Source of the DNA: the human T2T-CHM13v2.0 reference genome, Homo sapiens
DNA length: 64,000 bases
Assembly: GCA_009914755.4 (NCBI GenBank)
Contig: CP086569.2
Span: 13,056,001-13,120,000, forward strand
Reading direction: 5' to 3'
Shown in pieces: positions 43,296-55,928 of this stretch. The first letter of the stretch is position 1. Every line of letters begins with the position of its first letter. The position numbers were made by a program, and so were the translations under genes. The notes beneath the pieces were generated by a model. The model searched no databases. It worked only from the letters and a program-made list of their open reading frames with translations, and was not told the DNA's origin.

Positions 43296-44589
43296 CCTAT
43301 TAAGTGTCCCTGGGATGTATTGGTTAATTTTATATGTCACCTTCACTGGGCTATGGTATCCATTGTTTACTCAAAACAGTCTTGGTGTTGCTGTGAAGTT
43401 GTTTTCTAAATGTGATTAACGTCTACAATCAATTAACTTTAAATAAAGGACACAACCCTCCATCAGGGAGATGGGCCTTATCCAACCAGTTAAAAGCCTT
43501 AAGAATAAAGATTGGGGTTTTTCAAAGAAGACCAAATTCTGCGTCAAGACTGCAGTATAGAAATTATGCCTGAGTTGCAGGCCCACAGCTCTGCAGAAAC
43601 AGGACTAGAGGTTGTACATCAATCTTACCTGAATCTCCAGCCTACCAGCATGTCTTGAAGATTTTAGACTTTCCAGCTCCCACAATCGTGTGCCAATTCC
43701 ATAAAATAAATCTCTACCTACTTCTATATCCTATTGTTTCTGTTTCTGTGGAGAATCCTGATTACCACTACAAAACAAAAATGACCAACTCATTATCTCA
43801 AATGCTATAGCACTGGCAGTGTCCAAGGAAGAGGTAAGCTGTGCAGGCAAGTCACTCAAAACATGGTCCAAGGAAGTGCCCAAAAAGGAGGACACATTCA
43901 GAATTTATGCAATTCTAGATGAGGAGCTGAGGGTCCATTTTTATATGAATCTATTTCACAACTTGAGAGTTTTCCAAGTCAGTGGGCTTTAGCATGGGAG
44001 GACATCCAATGGATTTGGAGGTTATGGGGACTTTCCTGACCAAATCCCCATGCAGTCAACACAACAATAGAAAACCTCGCTGTGTGGATTTAATGATGTC
44101 ATTGTGGGCATGAGTCTACTGCTGTATAAAACAGTAGACTGTACATATGAGTCTACTGCTATATAAAAGAGTGATCAGACCCAACACCAGGCCACAGGGG
44201 TGACAAAGTCCAGTGGAGTCAAAGGAATGAGAAAAGACAAGTTAAGAGAGAAAGTGGGATGAGCGGACCAACGCTGGTATGGAGGATGCAAAGACCCTGA
44301 GCTCTGGAAGCCCATGTTATTTATTAGTGATCAAACAAAGAAACAGGTGGTGAGGATTTGGGGGTTGAAAGGAAGTGATGTATCAAGCAAATGAACTACA
44401 GTTGTGATGGTTTAGCATTTTCTTTGAAACACATGGCTACTTGAGATCATGAGAGTGCTAGAAGCAAGGATCCAGCAAGTCTGGACACATTCCAAAGGCC
44501 ATGAGAGGTTTTACCCTGGACTCTGGACATGTTCCAAGCCCTGCCTCAGCTTCTCTCCCAACACTCAGCTTTTCTCCCAGCGGTATGTA

Positions 44590-46132
44590 AGGTAATATAT
44601 GTCCTGGCTGCAGGAGGAAGGGAGTCCACCATGTATATAATAATATATGCCCTGGATCCACTCCTCCAGGTAGAAGGGGAGTCTACCATGTATTTAATAA
44701 TATATGTCCTTGCTCCAGTCTTCAGTCTTCCAGTGGGGAGTCTACCATATATATGATAATATATGCCCTGGGTATATTAGGGTTCTCTAGAGGGACAGAG
44801 CTAAATACTTTATTAAGTATTACCTCACACTATCACAAAGTCCCAAAATAGGCTGTCTGCAGGCTGGGGAGCAAGGAAAGCCAGTCCAAGTTCCAAAATT
44901 GACTTGGATTCTGATATTTGAGGGCAGGAAGCATCCAGCACTGGAGAAAGATGTAGGCTGGGAGGCTAGGCCAGTCTCTCTTTTCACATTTTTCTCCCTG
45001 GTTATATTCTAGCTGAGCTGGCAGCTGATTAGATTGTGCCCACCTACTTTAAGGGGGCTCCTGCCTTTCCCAGCTCACTGACTCAAATGTTAAGCTCCTT
45101 TGGCAACATCCTTACAGACTCATCTAGGAACAATACTTTGTATCTTTTAATCCAATCAAGTTGACGCTCAGTATTAACCATCACACAGGTCCTCCAGGTG
45201 GAAGAAGGGTATGTCATATATATGATAATATATTCCCTGGGTCTATCCCTCCAGGTGGGAGAGGAGTCTACCATATATAAGGTAAATTGTGTCCTGGGTC
45301 TACTCCTCCAAGTGGAAGGGGAGTCTACCATATATATGATAATATATGCCCTGACTCCAGTCCTCCAGGTGAAAGAGGAGTCTACCATATATAATATATT
45401 CCCTGGTTTCAGTCCTCCAGATGGAAGAAATATATGATAATATATGCCCTGGGTCTATTCCTCTAGGTGGAAGAGGAGTCCATCCTATATAAGGTAAAAT
45501 ATGCTCTGTTCTATTCTTCCAGGTGGAAGGGAAATCTACCACATATATAAAAATATATGCCCTGGATCCGGTTTTTCAGGTGAAAGTGGTGTCTACCATA
45601 TATAGTATATTCCCTGGTTCCAATCCCCAGTGTGGAAGGGGAGTTTAGCATATATATAACAATATATGCCATAGGTCCAGTCTTCCAGGTGAAAGAAGTC
45701 TATTTATGGTATTCCTCCCAGTGGAAGAGGAGTCTACCATATACAAAGTAAAATATGCCCTGGGTCTATTTCTCTAGGTGGAAGAGGAAGTCTACCATAT
45801 ATATGTATATAATACTATATGTCCTGGGTCTAGTCTTCCAGGTGGAAGTAGGGTCTACCATATATATAATATATGACCTTCTGTCAGTCCTCCAGGTAGA
45901 AGTAAGAATTACCATATGTATGGTAATATATGCTCCCCACTAGTCCTCCAGGTAGATGTGAAATCTACCACATAGATGATAATATAAGCCCCCGGCCAGT
46001 CTTCCACTTGGAATTGGAATTTACCATGTATATAGTAGTATATGTACTAGGTCCAACACTTCCAGTGAAAATAACGCCTACTGTGTATATGCTAGTATAT
46101 GCCCTGGCTCCAGTCCTTCATCTGAAAGTGGA
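44590..46132 (+). repeat. Tandem array (minisatellite/satellite-like) of a ~55–58-bp unit, ~27 units, moderately diverged (proximal part up to the Alu insertion).
   Basis: Repeating ...CCTGGGTCTA(C/G)TCCTCCAGGTGGAAG(G/A)GGAGTCTACCATATATATGATAATATATGC... visible by eye across >1.5 kb. The repetitive ORFs on both strands (e.g. 45083..45388, 45198..45437, 45930..46313) are artefacts of the periodicity. Confidence 0.85.
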
Positions 46133-46403
46133 TTTTTTTTTTTTTTTTGAGACGGAGTCTCGTCAGGCTGGAGTGCAGTGGCTTGATCTCAGCTCACTGC
46201 AACCTCTTCCTCCTGGGTTCAAGAGATTCTCCGTAGCTGAGACTACAGGCATACACCACTACACCCAATTAATTTTTTGTATTTTCATTAAAGACAGGGT
46301 TTCACCATGTTAGCCAGGATGGTCTCAATCTCTTGAACTCGTGATGCACCAGCCTCAGCCTCCCAAGGTGCTGGGATTACAGGCATGAGCCACTGCACCC
46401 AGC
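46133..46403 (-). mobile_element. Alu inserted into the tandem array. TSD AAAGTGGAT.
   Basis: Poly-T, GAGACGGAGTCTCGTCAGGCTGGAGTGCAGTGGCTTGATCTCAGCTCACTGCAACC...GAGCCACTGCACCCAGCC. (A)AAGTGGAT is present at 46124–46132 and again at 46404–46413. Confidence 0.85.
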
Positions 46404-46660
46404 CAAAAGTGGATGTTATCATATACATAATAGTATATGTCCTGGCTACACTCCTCCAGGTGGACATGAAATCTACCATATGTATGATAATACCTGTTCC
46501 CTTTCTGGGCCTCCAAGTGGAAGTGCAGCCTACCATATGTATGATAATATATGTCCTGGGGCCAGTGGTCCACGTGGATGTGGATTCTATCATATATATG
46601 ATAGTTTATGCCATCATTTCAGTTTTCCTGGACATAGTCATCGTGTATACATGCAAAATG
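46404..46660 (+). repeat. Continuation of the ~57-bp tandem array distal to the Alu insertion (~4 units).
   Basis: ...GTCCTGGCTACACTCCTCCAGGTGGACATGAAATCTACCATATGTATGATAATACCTG...CTCCAAGTGGAAGTGCAGCCTACCATATGTATGATAATATATGTCCTGGGGCCAGTGGTCCACGTGGATGTGGATTCTATCATATATATGATAGTTTATGCC. Confidence 0.8.
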
Positions 46661-46910
46661 AAGATAGGTTTAGCAATTATCTCGTCAATTTGATTAGTTC
46701 AAATTGCCAAAGCAACGATTCAGCCCTGAAAGCACTCTTCCTGTTTTTTTAAGATATATCAACATTGAGAGTGTTAATACTTAAATAATGCCAGCACATC
46801 TTTACGAAGGAATCACATTTTGCATTTTTTTCTGTATAATGCACATTCCCCAAATCTCAGTCAAATTTTATTTTCTTAAATCATTGAAATCATTGATCTT
46901 CCTAATTCAC

Positions 46911-47198
46911 TTTTTTTTTTTTTTGAAGACAGGGTCTTACTCTGTTGACCAGGCTTGAGTATAGAGGTAAGACCGTGGCTCATTTCAACTTCAATCTCCA
47001 GGGTTCAAGTGAATCTCACATCTAAGCGTCCCAAGTAGCTGGGATTACAGGCACATGAACTCATGGCCAGCTAATTTTATTTTTCTGTAGAGATGCGGTT
47101 TTGCCATGTTGCTCTCTCAAGCTCCTGAGCTCGAGTGAGCCTCTCACCTCAGCCTCCCAAAGTGCTGCGTTTACAGGTGAAAGACATGGCACCCAGCC
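46911..47198 (-). mobile_element. Alu (older), minus orientation. TSD CCTAATTCACTTTT.
   Basis: Poly-T, GAAGACAGGGTCTTACTCTGTTGACCAGGCTTGAGTATAGAGG...GGCACCCAGCC. CTAATTCACTTTT directly precedes the element and follows it at 47199–47212. Confidence 0.85.
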
Positions 47199-50027
47199 CT
47201 AATTCACTTTTGAAAGACAGACATTTCCCCCTGGGGTTAAAATGTTAAGTGCATTTTTAGAGCTCCAAGTATTTTTGGCTTTGATGTAGACATTGTAGAT
47301 TATTTAACAAATTACTTTTTTTTTCCATTTAGTCAAAAAACAATTCTGGGAAAACCGAACATGATCTCATTGTGTGTTGGAGTTTCCTGTTCTTCAAAAA
47401 GTTAAATTAGTCATGCTTTGCTTGGGCTCATAGTATCTGCCATTTTTTCTAATGCAGGCAAGAAGTGGATGAGTTTCTAATTCATCAGATCTGATAATAT
47501 GAATAGCAAAACTTAGGCATCCCCTATGGTAGAGAAGACATGAAATCATCATCAATTTCACTAATCAAGACCACTTCTCCTTCCTTATTCATCTTCATGG
47601 CCATCAATGTTTCTTGCTCATAATCCTATAAATCAATGGTGTTGAGAAAATCTGTAAAAGTTGCTGAAAGAAGATATTAAAAAGTGTGTGTATAGTAGTC
47701 CATGGTTTTCTTCTCATTTAATTCCTTGTGAAGAAGATATAGTTACTGTGGAGATGAGTTACAAATGAGCCCAGCTTGTGTGTGGTGAGGACATAGATCT
47801 ACTTTCAGGAGTCTACTTTATTTTTATTTTCTACCCTATTCTAAAATACCTCTTCTGTATTTTTTCCCCAGAAAAGAATATGACTGCCAAGCTCAAGGAG
47901 AAGTAAGTAAGCAAGCTATAAATCCTCCCTAATAGGCAGGAAATTAAAGAAAGAAAGATAAATAAAATTTAAAAGAAAGAGAAATTAGCTTTCCCTTATT
48001 AGGCTGACTTGTCTCAGAGGCAGCAACAGGCACAGCCCAGACCCAGGAAAAGTCTTGATAATACTCTCTAAGAAGCTAGGACACAAAGAAATGTGCTCTG
48101 GAGACTCTCCCAGCACTCCCTCAGCATACAGAGAAGAAAAACAAATTTTCCTTTGTTTTATGGTATGAGTTTATAGATTCTTGTTTCTGTAACTAGTTAC
48201 TTCAAGTATTCTATTTTAGCTAAGTAATGGAATGAAGGTCATGAACCATCTGAGCAGGTCTGAGATAGAGCCACCTGGGCACCATAGTGAAGGTCATGGA
48301 ATAAGCTGTATTAGGCACTAGGGCAAACCTAGATAACAGCCATATGGGTTGCATAGCAATTGTCATATGTAATTCTGTGTTATGAACCTGTCACAATTTG
48401 CTTAATTATTCTGCCTCCATATCCTTGCTTTCATGCCACTGTAACTGTAAGCCTGCTTCAAGCTACCCCACCTGCTTTTTGAAGTGTGTATAAAAGTCAA
48501 GTGCTGTCTTTGTCCTGGGCCCAGGTTTTGGATGTTAAGTCTGCTCAGTCTGAGTGCACTCAATATCCTCCTGTATATACCCCAAGGCCTCTCTCATCCT
48601 CCTGTTTCTGCAACACAAGCCACTCTTTATTCAAATCTAACTATATTTTGAATTAATATTATGTTTGAGGGCTAATAATTCTTGATCACCAATTACACAC
48701 ACACATAGTCTTAAAATCAGCTATAACCCCATTGCCAATGCTCTAATATCACCTCACATATGTTCATTTGTATACTGTTTTTCTCCTTTTTCTAGGTCTG
48801 TTTTCTACCCAAATTGGTCATATAATTGGCATACGTTGGCAAGCTCCAGGCAAATTAATCAACTAAGTAAATTTATCTCCCTGTCTCCAACCTCTGCTTC
48901 TTCTAAATTCAATCACTTTATGCTTTAAAATTCACCCTTGCCTCTCCCCTGCTCGCAGTGCAGGTCTTTGTTCTGTCACTCAAAGTTCACAATGAGGTAT
49001 TAAGGGCTTTGAGGCGTACAGAACAGAAAGCCTCCCCAAACACCCAGAGTTCCAAACCTGTAGAAGAATAAAAACACATGCAATTGTGACACATATTTTT
49101 CATCTAAAGGATTAAAATAATTTAAAGGAGTTCAGCATTTTAAAAATTAATTACTGCTTTGTCTTTTGGTGAAAACAAGGACTCATCTGTTTTGCAGAAA
49201 ACTGAGGTCATGATTTCTTTTTACTTTTTTTTATTGAAACAGATGATTTGCATTAAAAATGATATTTGCTAAGGGAATTCCAGTCTTTAGAGAGAGTCCT
49301 CAAAATGAAGTTTCAGGAGGTGCCACTCCAATCTCAGCCAATTTGCAGAAAATAACCCTACACAGCAAGATAAAAATGCAGCTCACATTTCTCTCCTGCA
49401 AAAGACTAGGAGGCAAGAAGTCTTAACATCACCAGAGGGGAAGCTTCTCTCTCTAGCCACATCCTGGTAACTCCCCAGGAGCTTACTAGGGAACTTGGAC
49501 ATGCAGCCTCTTTCTGGAGCCAGAATGGCTAACATGGATTCAGATAACTTCCTGTATTCTCAGAGTCCATAAATTTTTCTGAACTGCCAAGAGTGCAAAT
49601 CTTGGTTAACCCTGTACTTCCTCAAAAATGCATACTCTCTGGGAGAAGTTTTCTAGATAAGCCATGCACCCAATTACCTCATCACTTGCCTTTGATAGTC
49701 TATGTCCCTAGTCCCCTGACAATCCCCAAGACCATTTTTGTCTTTGCTGTCTGCCTCTGAGGCAATTCTTCAGAGGGTATTTCATTCCTCAGGTCACCTC
49801 CATAGTCTTGTTGCATGGTTTACAAACTCCCTACCTCCTACACATTGTAGGAGAGGAAAAGTAAGATCTTTTCCTCACCCATCACAAGGTTTATGGCTGA
49901 GACCCTGAGAGGAAAACACAGATCAGCTGAAGAAAAGACAGCATACATGTTTATTTAGCATAAATTTTGTGTGATACAGGAGCTTTTTGGATAAAAACCC
50001 AAAGACTCAGGGAAAACTATATATTGA

Positions 50028-50472
<445 letters not shown>

Positions 50473-50639
50473 CAGAAAACTATATTTATTTTTGTGTGTG
50501 GTCATGCGGAAGTGTGATTGAGGGACAATAGGGCGTGATCTAATGGGAATAAACTGGGGTGGGGGGAACCTAGGAAGGGCTGCATGTTAAGATTCTTCTC
50601 TGTGTCTGTGTCTTCAGAAATAAAGATGTTCTTTCTCTC

Positions 50640-50880
50640 TGGAGATAGAGAAGGCACTTCTTGAATCAAGGTCCTAGGACCTGCTTCAGGGAAAGGTTAG
50701 AGAACTCTTCCCCGGTTTCTTGACTTGCTTCAGGGAGCAGAGTGATCAGAGGAGGCTTCCTGATACCTGTGCACCTGCTGAACCCTTGCCAATGAGTGGG
50801 AGGTAGAAAGGCTACCATGAGCAAGAGAGGAAGGGAGTAGGGGTTCCCAGCAGGAAGGTGGGGTTCAGGACCAGCCTGGG
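50640..50880 (-). repeat. Unclassified interspersed repeat copy (MER-type; possibly DNA-transposon or MLT-derived), arm 1 of an inverted pair. Strand label is arbitrary.
   Basis: Reverse complement of 50700–50860 (…GAACCCCACCTTCCTGCTGGGAACCCCTACTCCCTTCCTCTCTTGCTCATGGTAGCCTTTC…CACTCATTGGCAAGGGTTCAGCAGGTGCACAGGTATCAGGAAGCCTCCTCTGATCAC…) matches 52760–52920 at roughly 85%. Confidence 0.5.
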
Positions 50881-51384
50881 CAACATGTTTCAGGGGAGAA
50901 GGCTGAAGGAAAGTTGAGAGTAGCTTTTCTCCTTCTGCTGTTTATTTTTTTTCAAATGCCAAAATGTTGTAATTTGGGGTAGTGTTCGCTGAACCCCATC
51001 AGAGTTTCCCCTTCCATATGCATAATTTGTTGGACACACTGGCCTCCCAGTTCCATAATTAACCTCCCCAGCCATCCCGATTCCATAAGTCACTTCCAGA
51101 ACCACTATTTGTCTGTCATCACTCAAGACGCACAACACAAGTGGCTCCTCCTGCAATTCCAGCTCTCGGTGATCCCTACGGGCCCTGCCATCTGAACTCT
51201 TGGAAATGCCAGTCCTTGATTCTCCCACTTCCTCTCTGTGAATACACCCTCTTCAACTTTGACATAACTATTTTCTAAGTTGGAAAATTGTGTTTCTTGT
51301 TCAACAAGTCTATCTGACCATATGTGGAATTTACATCACCTCTGCACCTCTATTAATTATTTGCTTTATTATATCTTTTTTTTT

Positions 51385-51492
51385 TTTGAGTCAGAATCTC
51401 ACTCTGTTGCCCAGGCTCAAGGGAGGTGGTGTGATCTTAGCTCACTGCAACCTTGAACTTCTGGGTTCAAGCCATCCTTTCACCTCAGCTAA
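51385..51492 (-). mobile_element. Partial Alu (right-arm fragment), minus orientation.
   Basis: Poly-T, GAGTCAGAATCTCACTCTGTTGCCCAGGCTCAAGGGAGGTGGTGTGATCTTAGCTCACTGCAACCTTGAACTTCTGGGTTCAAGCCATCCTTTCACCTCAGC. Confidence 0.7.
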
Positions 51493-52699
51493 AAATAATT
51501 CTCAAACCAAAGTGATGTATTTGGAGATTACACACTCTGATGCCTTTCAGAGTATTTAGGCAGATATAACACACAGACAAATACACATACTTTATACAAT
51601 TTTATAGAAAACAAATTTATGCATTTATACTTGCCATTGTATTCACTGATGCAGACACATCTGTGAGACTTAAATAAGTAACCCAGAAAAGAAGTCAGAA
51701 AATTTTGTAACAAGAGCCAAATCTGACCCACAACTGTTTGTGTAAATAAAGTTTTATTTAAGCACAGCCACACCTATACATTTATATATTGTGCATGACT
51801 GCTTTTGCAGTACAACGATGGAGTTGTGTAGTTGCAATAGAGACTGAACGGCCTACCAAGCCAAAATCATTTACTATTTGGCCCTTTGCTGAAAAAATTT
51901 GCCAATCTCTGAACTAGAATATTAAATGAAAGAAATATCTGAAACTCAGAGCAACAATACAGAAATAAAAACCATGGAGGAAAAGACAAGAAACTTGAAT
52001 TACATGTTTGGGAGAACAGTGATGTGATATTCGCACATCACAACATGTGAAAAAAAAAATGGAACAGATGAAGGAGAAAGAATGACAAAACAAGTAATAG
52101 AATAAAAATTCCCTGGGGTCAAACACTTAGATAACTGTTGTTCCTAGCATATGTTCTCAAATCCTTACCATTGAGAGAAGTAATATACAAATGGATGGTG
52201 ACTAGACCATATATAAAGAGAGAGATCTAATCTGTAAGCTGCAGTAACTCACCCAGGAAGCTAACAGCAAGCCCTGTAGCAACCAGCTGAAAATGTCCAG
52301 AACCTGAGCAATAACTATGAGCTTCCCTAATTTTTCCCCTATTTCCAACTTAGGACAAAGCAGAGAAACCCAAATGTGCCCCCTAACCAGTCACACAGGA
52401 TGTCTCACTTCTGGTGAACCCCCAACTGCCTCCAGTCAGAACACACCTTAGTTTTCCCTTTTCCCCCACTATAAAGCTTCCCCATGGCTGTGTCAGCCTT
52501 TGAATCTCTGCCAGATGTGAGTGATGATGGCTGATTCCTTTGCTACACCAAGCTCGGAATAAACACCTTGCTTCTTTTCACGTAGGTGGCATTCATTTAT
52601 TTCCACACCTTCATCTCTAAATTCATCATTACCTGACCACTGTTGCCTGCCTCTTCAATACCTGCTACACTCCAGCAAATGCTAACCAACTTTAGTTCC

Positions 52700-52920
52700 T
52701 CAATATCTGCTACTTTTTCCTATGAGCCAAGGCACTGGGGCCTCTTCCTGCTAGAAACCTCAAGCAGGAACCCCATCTTCCTGCTAGGAACCCCTATTCC
52801 CTTCTTCTTTTGCTCAAGGTAGCCTTTCCGTTTGTCACTCATTGGCAAGGGCTCAGAAAGTGCACAGGCATCAGGAAGCCTCCTCTGATCACCATTCATT
52901 CCCACCTTAAGATTACATCT
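52700..52920 (+). repeat. Second copy (arm 2) of the inverted-pair repeat described at 50640–50880.
   Basis: …CAAGCAGGAACCCCATCTTCCTGCTAGGAACCCCTATTCCCTTCTTCTTTTGCTCAAGGTAGCCTTTCCGTTTGTCACTCATTGGCAAGGGCTCAGAAAGTGCACAGGCATCAGGAAGCCTCCTCTGATCAC…. Confidence 0.5.
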
Positions 52921-53394
52921 AAGTCATCTATCCCCATGCAACTTGTACCAGGGGTAGCCAATGCCCACTAACTTCTCAGCCCTTTCGTCCACCATGTAGC
53001 TTATGAAAGTTGATGAATCCATCCTGCTCTTCACTGAACTGACAATGACAAGCACAGTACCAAGAATATTGTGTATCTTGGCTTGTCAGATGCACTTACA
53101 GATGAATTACTGTACAAGTGTGCAAGGTTCCTTTTTGGTTACCAAAGTGATGATTCTGCCATGAATCTGCCTAACATGGAGTTTCACAAAGGGCTTTGCA
53201 CAAACAAGAGAGGCTACCTATGATCTGCACACTTTCTGTTTACCCCTGTAAAGAGAGGAGCTTTGCTTATGTCAGTTGGATCTTTGCTTCTGGGTTGAAA
53301 ATCTTTGATTTATGGGTTAGGATGATGTAGTCATCTTTGTCCATTTGTTTGTGTCTATTAAGGACAGAAGAGCAAGTTCACTTTGCTAGAAGCC

Positions 53395-53765
53395 AAAGTC
53401 TTTTTTTCTTGTCTTAGTCCATTGAGTCTGCTATAACAAAACACCTAAGACTGAATGGCTTAACACATTGATTATGCACAGCTCTGGAGGCTGGAGACCC
53501 ATGATCAAGGCATGGCAGATTCTATGTCTGGTAAGGACTCATTTCCTAGTCCACAGATCACCTTCTCACTGTGTCCTCCCATGGTGGAAGAGGTGAGGGA
53601 ACCCTCTGGGGTCTGTTTTATAAGGGCAATCATCGCATTCATTAGGCTCCATCTGCATGACCACATCACCTCCCAAAGGCCCCAGGTCATAACACCATCA
53701 CCTTGAAGGGAGGATTTCAACACATGCATTGTGTGAAGACACAGATATTTAGTCTGTAACACACA
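53395..53765 (+). mobile_element. MaLR-type LTR (MLT1/MST-like), plus orientation.
   Basis: GTCCATTGAGTCTGCTATAACAAAACACCTAAGACTGAATGGCTTAA...CTGGAGGCTGGAGACCCATGATCAAGGCATGGCAGATTC...TCCCATGGTGGAAGAGGTGAGGGAACCCTCTGGGGTCTGTTTTATAAGGGCA...ATCACCTCCCAAAGGCCCCAGGTCATAACACCATCACCTTGAAGGGAGGATTTCAACACATG. Family-typical motifs, recognised from memory. Confidence 0.55.
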
Positions 53766-54965
53766 CCTTGTGGAAGATTTTTTTTTTCCTTTTGCATCTC
53801 AAAGAGGAATTGAATAGCTATCTACTGTAAACGGATACACAAAGCATACAAACACACACAGAGTTATTTCATCATTTAAAAAATGGTCTCATAGCAGATA
53901 CATGTCTGTTTGCCTGAAAACTATATGTACACTGCTTGTTCTTAATGCTTTTTATAAAATGGCAACAGACAGGACAGAAGTGATAGACACTATTCCCCAG
54001 TATTCCAATTATGTTTCTCTGTTTTCTTTTGTAACTATGTTTTAGATAAATGTGTTAAAATGCTTATTATTAAAAAAAAGCTATGTGCACTGGTGCATCC
54101 CTCTAAGTAAGTAAATAAATAAATAAAATAAAATGCAGACTGTATGAAAGGGTAAGAACAAAGATAAGCCTTCACATCTCTTTATATTCCTTCTCACTGA
54201 CTTCTGACAACTTATTAACTTCCCCTTCTTGAGCAACAAGTGTTGAGTCCTATATAGCAGACTTCCCAATGAATGAGGATGTCTAATACATTGTAAATGG
54301 CTCCCCAGGTAAAACCACATTTTAAAAAACCCTGAAGGTAAAACAAAATTATTATTCAACAAAACATAAATGTGAATAAGATAAAAATAATGATTTGTTT
54401 TTCCAAGTGTCGCATCCACTGAGATCCTACCTTCTGGGTGGTTAGGATAGCAAGGGGCTCCATAAGCAGTCTCTATAAAATGTGTAAATTCATAGCATTC
54501 TTCAGTTTTTTTCCCACAGTGAACCAGTGTTCAACTCACAGCCTTAAAATAAGACCTATAATGAGGAAATTAGAAAAAAAAGCAAATAAATTTCTTTGAT
54601 TCACACAGAGGGTAACTGCAGGATTTTTTTCCCCCTTTTTTCTCTGAGACCTCCCGTGCCCAAGGCCTTGCACTGGGATATCCTGTATGGGAGACATGGA
54701 GTTAAAATAGATTATTTTGGAGCTTTAAGACTTAATAACTGCCCTGCTAAGTTTCAGACTTGCATGGGGCCTGTAGCAGCTTTCTTTCAGCAGATTTCTT
54801 CCTCTAGAAATGGGAGTATTTATTCACTGCCTATACTCCAATGGTATCTTGGAAGAAACTAACTTGTTTTTGATTTTACCAACTCACAGGCAGAAGGAAT
54901 TTACCTTCTTTCATATGAGACTATGGACTGTGGACTTTCGAGTTAATGCTAGAATGAGTTAAGAT

Positions 54966-55310
54966 GGGTCTAGGAGCGATGGCTCACACCTGTAGTCCCA
55001 GCACTTTGTGAGGCTGAGGCAGGTGGCTCATGAGGTCAGCCACAACCTCCTGGACTCAACACAATCCTGGCTAACACAGTGAAACCTCGTCTCTACTATA
55101 AATACAAAAAATTAGATGGGTGTGGTGATGGGCGCCTGTAGTCCCAGCTACTCGGGAGGCTGAGGCAGGAGGATGGTGTCAACCTGGGAGGCAGAGCTTG
55201 CAGTGAGCCAAGATCACACCACTGCACTCCAGCCTGGGTGACATAGCGAGACTCCATCTCAAAAATAAAATAAAATAAAATAAAATAAAATAAAAAGAAA
55301 AAAACTAACC
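54966..55310 (+). mobile_element. Alu with an (AAAAT)n tail.
   Basis: GGGTCTAGGAGCGATGGCTCACACCTGTAGTCCCAGCACTTTGTGAGGCTGAGGCAGG...CTCCATCTCAAAAATAAAATAAAATAAAATAAAATAAAATAAAAAG. Confidence 0.85.
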
Positions 55311-55623
55311 ATGTTAAGGTGAACAATTCAGTGACATTTCGCACATTCACAATGATATGCAACCATTACCTCTACGTAGTTCCAGAACATTTTCATCACC
55401 ACAAAAGAAACCCCGTACCCATTAAGGAGATATTTCCATTCCTTCCTCCCCCAGCCCCTGGCAACCACTAATCTGAGTTTTATCTCTATGGATTTGCCAG
55501 TTTTGTATGTTTAATATAAATAGAGCCATACCATATGTGACCTTTTGTGTCTGGTATCTTTCACTAGGCCTCATGACTTCAAGATGTATCCATATTGTAG
55601 TAGTATGTAGCAGAGATTCATTC

Positions 55624-55928
55624 TTTTTTTTTTTTTTTTTTTTTTTTTTGAGACAAGAGTCTTGCTCTGTCACCCAGGCTGGAGTGCAGTGGCGCGATCT
55701 CAACTCACGCAACCTCCGCCTCCTGGGTTTAAGTGATTCACCTGCCTCAGCCTTCCCAGTAGCTGGGACTACAGGCACACGCTACCACACCCAGCTAATT
55801 TTTGTGCTTTTAGTAGAGACGGGGTTTCACCATTTTGGCCAGGATGCTTTCAATCTGTTGACTTCATGATCCACCCACCTCAGCCTCCCAAAGTGCTGGG
55901 ATAACAGGCATAAGCCACCACACAGGCC
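55624..55928 (-). mobile_element. Alu (minus) with a ~27-nt poly-T. TSD GATTCATTC.
   Basis: Poly-T, GAGACAAGAGTCTTGCTCTGTCACCCAGGCTGGAGTGCAGTGGCGCGATCTCAACTCACGCAACCTCCGCC...AAGCCACCACACAGGCC. GATTCATTC is present on both flanks. Confidence 0.9.

Noticed and set aside
45083-46752. Multiple 70–127-aa ORFs on both strands with internally repetitive peptides (…STWRTGVRAYIIIYMVD…).
   Set aside because: They are generated by the ~57-bp periodicity of the tandem array (57 = 19 codons), so any frame stays open and repeats. This is not protein-coding.
50890-51228. 112-aa minus-strand ORF between the Alu–microsatellite and a partial Alu.
   Set aside because: No motif I recognise. Start and stop are defined only by chance codons. 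The region partly overlaps an interspersed-repeat copy (50640–50880 neighbourhood). Treated as spurious.
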